Below are positions 11,805 to 23,954 of a DNA stretch of 64,000 nucleotides, in pieces. The position numbers and the translations under genes were made by a program. The stretch spans positions 42,807,925 to 42,871,924 of the forward strand of contig NC_057719.1 of assembly GCF_004010195.1 (NCBI RefSeq), in the 5' to 3' direction. How positions within the stretch are numbered: position 1 is the stretch's first letter; every line of letters begins with the position of its first letter. The notes under the pieces were generated by a model. The model did no database searches and was not told the origin of the DNA. It saw only the letters and a list, made by a program, of their open reading frames with translations. This stretch comes from Chiloscyllium plagiosum (taxonomy: Eukaryota).

Positions 11805-12420
11805 AAACATTGAAATATAGAAAATAAGAAGAGAAGTAGGCGACTCGGCCAATTGTGTCTGCTCTGGTTCCTGCCTTCTCCACATATCCTTTGGTCCCTT
11901 CAGCCCTAACAACTGCAGAGGAACCTCGATCATCCGAAGGACACAGGCAGGGAATATTTCATTTGGTTAATGGAATTTCGGATAATTGAATACCAGATAA
12001 CATAATTCAGGACCTTGCGATCTTGCCGGATAATCCAATATTCAGATAATCGAATGCCGGATAATCGAGGTTTCTCTGTAAATCAAACTCCTTCTTTTGG
12101 CCTCAAACACTTTGTGCAGCAAATAATTCCACAGGCTTACTACTCACTGGGTGAAGAAATCTCTCCTCAACTCAATCCTAAATGGTCGATACTGTACCAT
12201 TAAACAGTGACCTCTGGTTTTGGACTCACCAGGCATTGTGTTTACTCTGTAGGATTCTCAATGAGAATCTCCCTCTTTCTTCTAAACTCTTGTGAATATA
12301 GTCCCAACCAAAGCAGTCTCTCTTCAGATGTCAGCCCTGCCATTCCCAGGAATCATTCTGGTAAACCTTCACTGCATTTCCTTCCTCAGATATGGAGACC
12401 AAAATTGCACACAATACTTT
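11805..12420 (-). mobile_element. CR1 3' fragment nested in the older CR1
   Basis: Reverse strand shows gtattgtgtgcaattttggtctccatatctgaggaagg (YCVQFWSPYLRK) and a CR1 3' UTR. Confidence 0.7.
11916..12078. mobile_element. Tigger/pogo-like MITE
   Basis: TIRs cagaggaacctcgatcatccg / cggataatcgaggtttctctg, flanked by TG/TA (decayed TA TSD). Internal ggataat repeats. Confidence 0.8.
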
Positions 12421-12839
12421 ACATGGCTTTTTTGAAATTGTACAAGTCATTATTTAGACCACAACTTGAGCACTGATAACAGTCCTGTCATTTCATTACA
12501 GAAAAGTTGTAATTGTAACCAAAGAGGCTACAGAATGTTGCCAGGCCTGGAAAAAACACAGTCATGGGGAATGATCAGATAGTAAGGGACATTGGAGTGA
12601 ATATTGATAGGGAATATTGAAGGTAACATGTTTGTAGCAGATAGGCTGTGGTTGTACCCCTGCCCGAAAGGGCATTAGAGGCATAAGCCCTCGATTCATT
12701 TAAAAGGTGTCTGTATCCACACCTTAAGTGGCATAACTTTACAGTGCTACAGAGTAAAAGCTGGAAAGTGGGATTCGGCTGGGTGGCTCATTTTACAGCT
12801 GGTGCAAACACTATGGCTACTGGTCTCGCTCTGTGCTCT

Positions 12840-13220
12840 TTCAGGCAGTGAATTCCTGATCTCAGATCATCCTCTGGGAGAAAGAAAAACTCCTCATCTC
12901 CCCTCTAACCATTCCACTAATCACTTTAAACCTACATATTTAGCCACTGACCATTCTGTTTAGGTAAATTGGCCCTTCCATCCATTCTATTTAGACCCTT
13001 CTCAATTTTGTACATCTCAATTAAATGTCTCCTCAGCTCAGCCTCCTCTGTTTTAAGGCAAATAGCTCCAGCCTGTCCAATCTTTCCTCACTGCTTCATT
13101 TTTACAGTTTTGACAACATCCTCAAATCTTCTCTGTAGCCTCTCCAGTACAATTAGATCCTTTCTGTCATGAAGTGACCAGAACTGCACACTGCACTCAA
13201 ATTCTGGCCTAACTAATGAT
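12840..13220 (-). mobile_element. CR1 3' fragment
   Basis: Reverse strand reads RPEFECSVQFWSL, VLERLQRRF and EMYKIEKGLN. Confidence 0.7.
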
Positions 13221-14853
13221 TGCTATACTGTAAATCCTTTCTGATAATATCAGAGATTATTCTACCTTTATCATAATTTCCACTAACTGTCATTCTGGAT
13301 AACATTGTTAGGACTATTTCCTTGGGCAGTGACAAAGTTGTATCAGTTTAGCAGCAATTTGCTGATCTATCAATCAGTCAATTCAATTGCCTCACTCTAT
13401 TTGGTCAGGTTTAAATGTTATATCAAAAGTGTAACATTATGAAGAAAATAAGATTATAATTCTTATTTTAGTACCCATATTTTAGAAAGGAGCCGACTGT
13501 AAGGTTATTTTGATACTGTGGTCTCTGGTATAAACAGATTGACATTTTTACAGGAGCTCAAATTCAAGTGTCTTGCAATGATTTTATTGATTTCTTAACA
13601 ATCAAATCCTGAACTCAGTTTGCAAAAAGAAAACTCGTGAGTGATTCAGTTGCAGACACGGAGGTGGATGTGCTTTGCAAATAGCTCCTGACAGTGGGTC
13701 AATGCCCTGATGTCACTCGGGATCATTACTATTTTCACTGGGTGGAAGATGGGAATTCAATTACTTGCAATTAACTGTCCTTAAGCTCCTTGAACAGCTC
13801 ATTTCTGGGCAGAGCGAGAAGGTAATGTTCAAAGCACAGATTGGTGAACGTGAACTGGCATATTTGTAAGGTGCAATTAAATTTTCTTCCCAGCGAGCAT
13901 TATTATGTCAGAGAGAGTGCCGTAGCTTTCTGTGAGCTGTTTGGCCACTTGGCTGCACCATCAGGCTGCCAACCCTCTAAACCCTCATGCCTCCTCTATT
14001 CTGCAAACCAATCTCATGACCAGTCAGAACCATCGACAGCTTTTGAGGTTCGTACTTAAGAGTTGGTTCTTCCACCATTAAATGGGTGTTGAGCTTGCCT
14101 CCAATCCATTGGATAATCTGCATTTGAAGAAAGCATCACATCAGCAAAACAGAAACAGCACAATATTTGGGACCTGGCTCTAAACCCCATGTGCATGTGC
14201 ATGCAAACTGTATTTATGTCCTTGAAAATGACCACCTTTAACACTGTTGGACCCTCACACTGCCTGAGAATTAAATGTAACTATGGAAAAAAATATTGAG
14301 TTGAATGGGATCATGAATGGTGGTGCTGTCAAAATGCAATAAATACAGGTTAAATCATTTAGTCATACCAATTTTAAACAGACAGAAATAATTAATTATG
14401 TTACAGCATAAAATCATATTTCCTGAGATCAGTAATTGGTTTATTTAGTCACCTTTCATTGTGGCAGTTACTAAGAAAGATTATTTTTGTTAACTAATAC
14501 ATTAGCATTGCCTAACAATATAAGAGATCCAATTCTGCATCAACTATGCCAGCAGCAATTCAACATGATGGTTAAAACTTTAAAGAAAATTTTAAATTGT
14601 TTAAATCTGATCGTGCATCAGTTGATATGAATCAGGCAGATGTAAAAAGGTCTTACGCTAATTCTGTATGCTCGAGTAAAGACAGATCATAAGTATCATA
14701 CTGCGAAAAGTAAACATGAGAATAGATTTGAATCAGTTATGAATGTGGTCTGGTAATGTAACTGCAATATTAGTCAATCTAATTATATGGGTTATTTGTC
14801 TCTTATTATATTATCAGACATAGTCACAGATCATTTACTGTAATTTCTTACAG

Positions 14854-15054
14854 GTGAAAGAACTGGGTGCTGTGGTTTACAATTGCAGTTGCCTTGCCAA
14901 TGATTTCTCCAAAATCTTTGAAGCTTACTGGAGTCTCGCACTGCCAAATGCCACCATCCCATCACCATGGCCAGCTTTTTATTCAACAAATTTTAACAAA
15001 GACACACCTCTTGACGTGAAACTGAATGGAACTGCTGCAAAAATGTACTTTTCA
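14854..15054 (+). CDS. PLD4: PLD4 coding exon
   Basis: ttacAG / GTaagt, 201 nt. Translates VKELGAVVYNCSCLANDFSKIFEAYWSLALPNATIPSPWPAFYSTNFNKDTPLDVKLNGTAAKMYFS. Confidence 0.95.
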
Positions 15055-16689
15055 GTAAGTTGATGCAAATATTAAGTTTTCAAATAAATAAATAAATACT
15101 GTTTACACACAATACAAACTGGAACATCCATGAAAATGATCTTTATCTATATACTGCACTCCAAAACATTCAAAGATATACTTACCAACTGCTGAGGCAT
15201 GCTGGGGACTGGTCATCAAATTTCACTTGGCAACCTTTATAATTACTGCATGAAATGTATGCTTCTTCCTTTTAAACAGAGTAGTTTGTAGTTTGCGTAG
15301 CTCAAGTTTGTTTGTCAGCTGATCAGCAGATTTCATATGGACCATGTAAATTCTGTAGTGGAGATACCTGTACAAGAGTTTGTTACAAGATTAATCATTG
15401 CTTCTCTGCTGTTACATTAGCCTGCTCCACCTCTTCCAGAGATGAAAGTTGAATACTTAGGGAAAAGAATCTATATTTAACAGATATTACTGTGAAACAC
15501 CATTAGAAGAAAAGCTAAAATAATAAATTTGCATAGTATTTTGTTGCACGGTATTCACATTAGTGAGAGTGTGAAAAAGAGAAGGAAAAGAAATAATTGC
15601 CACAAGCTCTGATATTTCCCAGCCTGCTAGACTTCATGTTGGCTTATGGCCACATTCTCAGCATAACAGGCTGTTTCTTATAAGGGATTTGATCTGAATG
15701 AGTCCTCTTCTGTTTACATTCGCTGGTGTTAAAAGGAGCTTTTTTTCTGCAAATGGATGAGTCAAATCGATATGTTCTTCTCCTTCAAGTAGTACTCGCA
15801 ATTATTCAAGGAGTGAAGCATCATAATTTATCCCTAACTTTACCTCAGTTGGAACAAGGATTGAACTCTGCACTCTCACCATTATTCTGAACCAAGTGCT
15901 AGCCATTTAGCCAACTGAGTTCACCATATGCTCCTTCCCCCTATTCCTGTTAGCATGTTATGAGTTAGGACAGACTCAGGCTGTTGAGAAACAAGTGGCC
16001 ATTCTGTGTCATTACAAATGTGTAATAAATGAAGCTTGTTTTGTGGAATCTCCTTTCTAAATTGGCAAGGCAAAACTGGTTCAGCTTTACATTATGTTAA
16101 TAAAGAATATCTTGCCATGATGCAGACATGCTTCTGAAGCGAGAGCAGAGCAAAGGTTGCTTTCAGAGGGCTGTGCATACAGTTTCAGTCAAATTGTCTG
16201 AAAAAAATAATTTGGGGGCTTGATGCTTTTATTCTGGATTCAGGGCAGTGCTGTCTAGCCTTATCTTGGCTCTGTATGTCTGAGTGTTGAAAGCCATTAG
16301 TTCTGTCAGCTGCTACCTGTCAAGGAAACTGGATATTTTCTCTCACATGACACTTGCCTTGGAACCAAAGGAAAAACCCTCAGATAAAGAAATAGAGTAA
16401 GATTGGGAAATTATATTGGGAGGAGGCCATTGTGGAGTATAAACATTGGTAGAAGCCAATAAGATGGGTTGAATGGTGTGTTTTATATCACGTAATTTAC
16501 ATGACTTCATGTGTATTACAGACATCTCCTGAAAAGGTAATGCTGCACTCAACTCTCCCCAGTCTGAACCCTCCCAACCTTAATCAGTCACAAACTCATG
16601 TTGAAGAAATACACTTAAGCTCTGACTGCAAATGATTCTGGTCTGCCCCATTATTTGGGGAGTTTCTTTGCTTTATCTCTCCGTCCTTA

Positions 16690-17010
16690 CCGTTTTTTAT
16701 CATCCAATTCCTCCATCTGTGCCATCCTCTTTCCTTCTCCACAAACCTTCCTATTCCTGACTCCACATTGTCAAACATTCCCTTTATACCCCTCCCACCT
16801 TTGTTCCCATTGGTCCCATTCCTTCTCCTTTACACCTGTCTTTTCTCCCTCTTCCCTTTCTCCCTCTTCCCTTTCTCATTCCCCAACCCTTCACCCCCAC
16901 TTCCTGCTCCCTTTTCCCACTCTTTATTCTCTTGTCCTCTTTCACTTTCTTTCTCATCCTTCCGTGCTCCCTTCCTCCTTCATGTCTCCTCCCTGCTCTC
17001 TTCCCAATAA
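16690..17010 (+). repeat. Low-complexity polypyrimidine tract
   Basis: About 300 bp almost entirely C/T. Confidence 0.8.
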
Positions 17011-17276
17011 GTTTGGAGCAGTATGGAGGAGCCTTACTAGGTATGTGAGTAATTCTGTATTATGAGTGATCCAACACTTTTTAATGTCTCTCAGTTACAT
17101 CAGTTCCTTGAAAAACCTGCATTTAAAACCGAATCAGGGATAATATAGGGAGTGTAGTATATATGGATACTCTCTAAACAAAAACCTACTGAGACCATGA
17201 TATTAAGCCATTTAATAGTCATTCACTGTATTGGAATTGGATGGAGAAATGCAACTGAAATTGTTATTCTTTCTAG

Positions 17277-17416
17277 AGTTCACCTCCCAAGTTATGCCCA
17301 AAAGGTCGGACTACTGATCTTGATGCTATTCTCAGTGGTATCAATGCTGCGAAGAAGTTTCTATATATTTCTGTCATGGAATATTTTCCAACATCGCGTT
17401 TCCTACAACATGTACT
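17277..17416 (+). CDS. PLD4: PLD4 coding exon
   Basis: ttctAG / GTaagt. Translates SSPPKLCPKGRTTDLDAILSGINAAKKFLYISVMEYFPTSRFLQHV+CT; SVMEYFPT is PLD4-type. Confidence 0.95.
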
Positions 17417-17502
17417 GTAAGTAAAGTAGTTTACCAGTGCTCAATATTTATTTGTAAACCTAAAAAAATGTACATGACATTAAATCTCACTTTGTGATCT
17501 AG

Positions 17503-17665
17503 ATATTGGCCACATATTGATGACTCGTTGAGAAAAGCAGCTATTGAACGTCATGTTCGTGTTCAACTGTTGGTTGGTTACTGGAAACATACAGATAAAT
17601 CCATGCTGGCTTATCTTCAATCACTGCAAGCTCTAAGAAACATCAGGAAGGTCCATTTTGATGTG
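17503..17665 (+). CDS. PLD4: PLD4 coding exon
   Basis: Follows an 86-nt GT-AG intron. Translates YWPHIDDSLRKAAIERHVRVQLLVGYWKHTDKSMLAYLQSLQALRNIRKVHFDV. Donor GTgaat. Confidence 0.93.
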
Positions 17666-18076
17666 GTGAATAATGCTTTATTTTTTACTAACAGGGTTAA
17701 TAATTACTGAAAGCTTAATCATTTTCAGCTAATGTTTTAATAAAGGCCAAATTATCTGTGGGGATGAACACGAATTTAAACTATTAACTCATTCCCTGAA
17801 GTAAATTAAGATGGAAACTGACACGGATGAAAATATTGAGAAAATTCTAATAAAGAATTTACTTACTTTAACTTTGTTCAAAAATATATTTCATTCCAAC
17901 TCTTAGGTTTTCCAAAATTTCTTACAAATACATATTTATTTTTCAGGGGTTTCTTTTAATTGTGCAAAGCTTTGTTTTATTTACTTATTTGTGAGTTTAT
18001 TTATTTTGTGCAGGAAGTGCATTTTCAAAATAAATAATGAATTGATTTCTTACATAATTCACAAATTATTTTTCAG

Positions 18077-18173
18077 AAACTATTCATTGTTCCTGTGGGA
18101 AAATTTAGCAATATTCCTTATGCAAGAGTGTGTCACACCAAATACTTTGTGACGGAAAATATTGCCTATATAG
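18077..18173 (+). CDS. PLD4: PLD4 exon with second (HKE) catalytic motif
   Basis: tttcAG / GTaagg. Translates KLFIVPVGKFSNIPYARVCHTKYFVTENIAYI+G, with HxKxxxxE at 18134-18157. Confidence 0.95.
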
Positions 18174-18249
18174 GTAAGGGCATTATCTTTCATTCAATGC
18201 TTCTATGTCCTAAAAAATTAAAGAAATGAAGAAGAAACAAGCAAGGTAG

Positions 18250-18580
18250 AAAGATAGGAACCTTAGTTGAGTGCTTGGATTTCCAAAACGCACTTCATGA
18301 GATACCGCACCAAAGTTTACTGTATAAGAGTTCATGGTATATGAGACAACATTGATTGGCAAAGAAGAAACAGAGAGTAGGATTAAATAGGTCTTCCTTT
18401 CACGGTGGCATATTGTAACCAGAGGAACACCACAGGGATCAATGCTGGGCCCTCAACTATTTACAAACTATATTAATGATTTTGATGATAGGAATGAAAT
18501 TACTGTAGCTATATTTGCTGATAAGCAGCAAGCTGGGTAGGGAATTAAGTTGTCAAGATGAGGCAGAAAATTTTCAAAGA
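18250..18580 (+). mobile_element. CR1 RT-domain fragment
   Basis: LDFQNALHEIPHQ, GTPQGSMLGPQLFTNYINDFD and IFAD motifs. Confidence 0.75.
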
Positions 18581-19870
18581 ATAGAATAGCCTTTATTGCC
18601 ACATGCACTTGAATGAGTGCAGTGAAAGGTTTGTAATATCACCTCTTGGTGCTATCTTAAGCATAGGGTACCTATGTACAGATACTTTAAGTGTTATTAC
18701 AGAATTGAAATAGTAAAAAAATGATTAGCATGGGAATACAAGTTTAAAAATTTCAGAATGATAATCAAAAGCGTCTTTAAGGTACTTAAGTTACAGTTCA
18801 TTTCCACTGAGTGTGTGCCCACCGGACTTCAGAACATGAGGCCTCGCTGCCTCCATGCACTGGCCTCTGTCCTGGACTCACCTCCAGGGACTTGTACCCC
18901 TGGCCTGTACTCTGCTCCCGGCTCCAGGCCCTGGGCTCCTGGTTCTGGGCTCTGGCTGCGACTCAATTCCAGAACTCAGCCCACGCTCGGTCTGCTCCTG
19001 CTCCAAGCTCTGGCCATAATTCACTTCTGGGACTCAGCCCATGTTATATATGGTTAAGGGACATAATTTTAATTGAGTTTAGCAATGTTTTGCCAGAAGG
19101 TATATAACGTGTGTAAATATGATCTTTCCCCTCCGGCCATACTATTAAAAACACCATTTATAAATGTCACAAATGACAGTGACAGTGGCAAACTATCTTT
19201 CCTTATCCATTTCAAATGGACTGCACTTGACCAGTTCCAAACTTACCAATCTAATAGATGCCAAAGACTTATCTCACACTGCCTTCTCTTCCCAAACCGT
19301 GTTGTTATATCCGGTGTCCCCTGAGAATCTACACAAAATGCCCCCACCTCCAATTTCTGTTTTTGTTTGCAGACTCCTCCAACCTGATAATGCTGTGGGA
19401 TAGCTACATCCTCCATTATGGCCTCTTGAAAATCCCTGATTTTAATTTTGCCCGAGCCTTTAATAGCCTGGACATCAGGCCTTGAAATTCCTTCTTCAAA
19501 CCTTTCTCCCTTGATAAGTTAGACTTTAAGATCCCTTAAACCCAATCTCTTTGACCAAGATTTTTTCATTTACCTGAGTATCCCTTTAGTTGAGTCAATG
19601 TACAATTTTGTTTGATAGTTCTCCTGCAAAGCACATTAGAACATTTTATTGACTTAATGGCGCTATATAAATATTAGCTGTTGGTAGCATTTACCCATTT
19701 TTCTGTGACATTCTTTGGAATAGTCTGAAGAATGTGAGTTGGCCAAATCAATCTGATGTCATTTTGATTATTTTTCTTTTTTTCTTCTTTTCTAATACTT
19801 GCAACTTGTTTTATCTTGGCAAGATATTTCAGATCATTGGGTTGAATATCACCTGAATTGGCTGTGTCAA

Positions 19871-22184
19871 AGACTCCCGCCCACCTTCCGAGATTCCATC
19901 AAGACTCCCGCCCACCTTCCGAGGACCCCTTCACCTGCCTCCAACACACCCTATCCAACTGGACACCCCATACCAGTCTGTTAACCGTCCTCGACCTCTT
20001 TATTGCCAACTACTGCTGGGATATTGACCACCTCAACCTGTCCCCCCCCCCCCCACTCCAACCTCTCACCTTCACAACGCACAGTCCTCCACTCCCTCCG
20101 CTCCAATTGCAACTTCACCATCAAACAAGCGGGTAAGGAGTGTGCAGTGGTAGTTTGGCGCGCTGACGTCTACACCGCAGAAGCCAGGCACTAACTTGAA
20201 GACACCTCCTCTTACTGCTCCCTTGACCACAACCTCACTTCCCATTACCACACCATCATCTCTCAAACCGTACACAACCTCATCATCTCGGGGGATCTCC
20301 CACCCACAGCTTCCAACCTCATAGTTCGGGAACACCGCACCGCCCGGTTCTATCTCCTTCCGAAGATCCACAAGCCTGACTATCCCGGCCGACCTATCGT
20401 CTCAGCCTACTCCTACCCCACCGAGTTCACCTCCACATACCTCAATACAATACTATCCTATCCTTCCCCCCCACCACCACACCCCATGCCGGTCCAGGAA
20501 CTCCCCACATACATTCGGGACACCACCAATGCACTCTACCTCATCCAAGACCTCCGTTTCCCTGGCCCCCAATGCCTCATCTTCACCATGGACATCCAGT
20601 CCCTATACACCTACATCTGCCATGACCAGGGCCTCCAAGCCCTCCATTTCTTCCTCTCCCGATGTCCCCACCAGTACCCTTCCACTGACATCCTTACTTG
20701 TTTGGCTGAACTGGTCCTCACCCTCAATAATTTCTCCTTTGAATCTTCCCACTTCCTCCCGATGAAAGGAGTAGCCATGGGCCCCAGCTATGCCTGTCTC
20801 TTTGCTGGCTATGTAGAACAGTCCATCTTTCACAGTTACACCCACACCATGTCCCCCTTTTCCTCCGCTACATTGGTAACTGCATCGGCGTAACCTTGTG
20901 CTCCCACGAGGAGGGTGAACAGTTCATCAACTTCATCAACACATTCCACCCCGATCTTAAATTCACCTGGACCATCTCAGTTACCTCCCTCCCCTTTCTG
21001 GATCTCTCCACCTCCATCAATAGTGACCAACACAACACTGGCATCTTCTACAAACCCACTGATTCCACACCTACCTGGATTACACCTCCCCCTACCTTGC
21101 CTCCTGTAAAAATGCTATCCCGTATTCCCAATTCCTCTGCCACATCTGTTCCCAGGAGGACCAGTTCCACCACAGAACACACCAGATGGCCCCTTCTTTA
21201 AAGACCACAATTTCCCCTCGCACGTGGTTGATGATCCCCTCCAGCGCATCTCATCTTCTTCCCACACCTCTATCCTCCAACCACAACAAGGACAGAACAC
21301 TCCTGGTCCTCACCTTCCACCCCACCAACCTCCGTGTACATCGTATCATCCTCCGCCATGTCCACCACCTACAAACGGACCCCACCACCAGAGATATATT
21401 TCCCACCCCACTCCTATCCACTTTCCATAAAGACCGTTCCCTCCACAACTGCCTCGTCAGGTCCGCGTCCCTTAACAACCCACCCTCCCTTCCCGGAACC
21501 TTCCTCTGTCACCACAGGAATTGCAAAACCTGCGCCCACACCTCCCCCCTCACCTCTGTCCAAGGCCCCAAAGGAGCCTTCCACATCCATCAGAGATTTA
21601 CCTGTACTTCCACACATATTATTTACTGTATCCGTTGTCTCCTCTACATTGGGGATACAGGACGCCTTCTCGCAGAGCGCTTCTGAGAATGTCTCTGGGT
21701 CACCTGCACCAACCAACCCCACTGCCCCATGGCCGAACACTTCAACCAAGGACTTGTAGGTCCAAGGCCGCCTCCATCACCACTCCCTAACCACCCGACG
21801 CCTGGAGGAAGAACACCTCATCTTCTGCCTCGGGACCCTCCAACCCCATGTGGATTTCACCAGTTTGCTCATTTCCCCTCCCCTCACCTTATCCTAGTTC
21901 CAACCTTCCAACTCAGCACCACCTCATGACCGATCCTACCTGTCAATCTTCCTTCCCACCTATCCGTTCCACCCTCCCCTCCGACCTGTCATCTTTACCC
22001 CCACCTCCATTCATTTATTGCACTCTCAGCTACTTTCTCCCCTTCACCACCCCCTCCCACTTATCTCTCCATTCCCAAAGTTCCCAGCCTCATTCCTGAT
22101 GAAGGGCTTTTGCTTGAAACGTCAATTTTCCTGCTTCTCGGATGCTGCCTGACTTGCTGTGCTTTTCCAGCACCACACTCTCGA
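19871..22184 (+). mobile_element. Penelope-like retroelement (decayed RT + GIY-YIG endonuclease), 5'-truncated, family A terminus
   Basis: RFYLLPKIHKPDYPGRPIVS, FTMDIQSLYT, KGVAMG, LPFLDL and CTSTHIIYCIRC..LYIGDTGR, with many stops and frameshifts. TSD ctgtgtcaa at 19862-19870 and 22185-22193. Confidence 0.92.
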
Positions 22185-22199
22185 CTGTGTCAACTTTAG

Positions 22200-23954
22200 T
22201 ACATTTCAGGGACAGTTTCTCTCCACATGCCAAAGTGAAGTTTCTAGTATTATTGTCCTAAACTGATCTGATTACCTGCGCACCAAGTCTCTATGGTGCC
22301 CCACCTCTAATACCTACCCTTTTTTTCCAGAGGTGGAAGTACTCCCTGCAGCTGGGATTCCTGGTGCTAGCACTTAATTTAAAATGCAGCTGTGCACGGA
22401 TCAAGCTCTGCCAGTCCAGAGTTGCCCTGCCCTGTTTGTTCGTCTGAAGACCTACCTAGAGATAGAGGGCAGAGGCAAGGTGGCACCTGTCCAGACTCTA
22501 ACCTGAGAGGACCTGGACTCTAGTAGTACTCTGAGTGCCAGCCATCTGAGATATTTCTTCCTCCACTCACCACAGAGATATGCAGGGTGGCATAGTGGCT
22601 CAGTCATTAGCACTGCTGCCTGATAGTACCAGGGACCTGGGTTCAATTCCAGCCTCAGGCAACTGTGTGGAGTTTGCACATTCTCGCGTGTCTGTGTGAG
22701 TTTTGCTCTGGTTTCCTCCCACAATCCAAAGATGTGCAGGTTAGGTGAATTGGCCATGCTACATTGCCCATAGTGTTCAGGGATGTGTAGGTTAGGTGCA
22801 TTAGTCAGGGGTAAAATATAGGATAATAGGGTAGGGGAATGGGTCCGGGTGGGTTACTCTTTGGAGGATTGGTGTTGACTTGTTCAGCCAAAGGGCCTGT
22901 CTCCACATCATAGGGATTCTATGATCCAAGGCAGTGATGTCTCACCAGCAAGTGTCCTGACTCTAATCTAACTGAAAAGGGGGAAAGCACAGCAATAGAC
23001 AATGATTCTTACAAAGTGATAGAGGTCTTTGCACCACCTCATGAACAGTCACAGTCCTGTCCCGCTAAGGCAAAGATCATCTTCCTGTAAGAGCTGAGGA
23101 GACAAATGTCATATAACCCACTACTCGTCTTCACTCTTCCTGCTCTGTTCTGGGCTGTTTGCTTCTAGATTTAGACAAATGGAGAGACTGAGAGAGAAGG
23201 CCTGCTGTTCAGCTGTTAGTTTGATACAGGTGGTAGAATAGAGGTGTCCCAAGTGAGTAAGTGGACAACACAGAGGGTTAATGGTGAGGGAATCTTGTGG
23301 ATGCTAGTAAGTGAGGGAAGATGGTGTAGGCAACAGTGAGAGTGGTAGAGCATGAGTGTGTGCGGGAGAAGAGATAGAGTAGGTGTGAGGCAGCAAAGAG
23401 AGGATGGTTACATCTACTCTGGTGGAGAAGAGAAGGTCATTAGCTTTCCTCCAATGTTGCTGGGTATCCTTCAAGACGGCTGAGATGGCACTGACCTGGG
23501 TGGCAACCTCAGACCAGGCTGTTAGGATCTCGTTTTGTGCACTCCTCTGCAGGTCCTGAGGGAAGAGAATGTTCTCTCCTCTGTAAAACCCCATCCATCA
23601 AGACCTCCAAATCTCTGTCTGCAAAGCAGGGTGAAAATGTGCCCAGTCCATGGTAATTGCCATGAACTATGCAGGGCAGCTCTGGTCTGACAGTGCTTCA
23701 CTTTGGTACATGGATTGAAGCTGGGGATCCCTGGATATCCTGTAATATCCTGGCAGTTGAAAGTATCTCCAGCTACAGTGAGTTGGAGAAACAGGCTAGC
23801 ACACTGAATGAGAGGAGCACCATAGGTGAGGTAGGTAGTTACTGAAGCAAGTTTACAGTGATAGCATGAGAAAGCCCGTGGCCCTCATGGAGAGAAACCC
23901 TTCATGAAACCCAATCAAATACATGCTTTGCCAAAATATGGGAAGATTCAACCC
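22200..23954 (-). mobile_element. Probable PIF/Harbinger-like DNA transposon remnant (Myb/SANT-like ORF)
   Basis: ORF 23304-23594 ILFP..AWSEVATQVSAIS...QQHWRKANDL is trihelix/Myb-SANT-like. End GGGTTGAATCTT resembles GGGCTGAATCTT at 4295 and the end at 53983. The left boundary is uncertain. Confidence 0.5.
22585..22925 (+). mobile_element. HE1-like SINE
   Basis: gtggctcagtcattagcactgctgcc..ggttcaattcc (A and B boxes) and tail gggattctatgat. Confidence 0.85.

Larger units (their letters stand above)
9535..12840 (+). mobile_element. Old CR1 ORF2 relic, interrupted by several younger insertions
   Basis: Decayed EYFxSVFT, SQHGF, KAFNKV, KWQME and FRPQLEH motifs in order. Confidence 0.7.

Noticed and set aside
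16655..17065. Ser/Pro/Leu/Phe-rich ORFs
   Set aside because: A product of the polypyrimidine tract, which lacks stop codons.
18585..19030. GC-rich segment with overlapping ORFs as an alternative PLD4 exon
   Set aside because: No PLD homology or convincing splice sites, and the flanking exons already join in frame. Probably an unclassified repeat.
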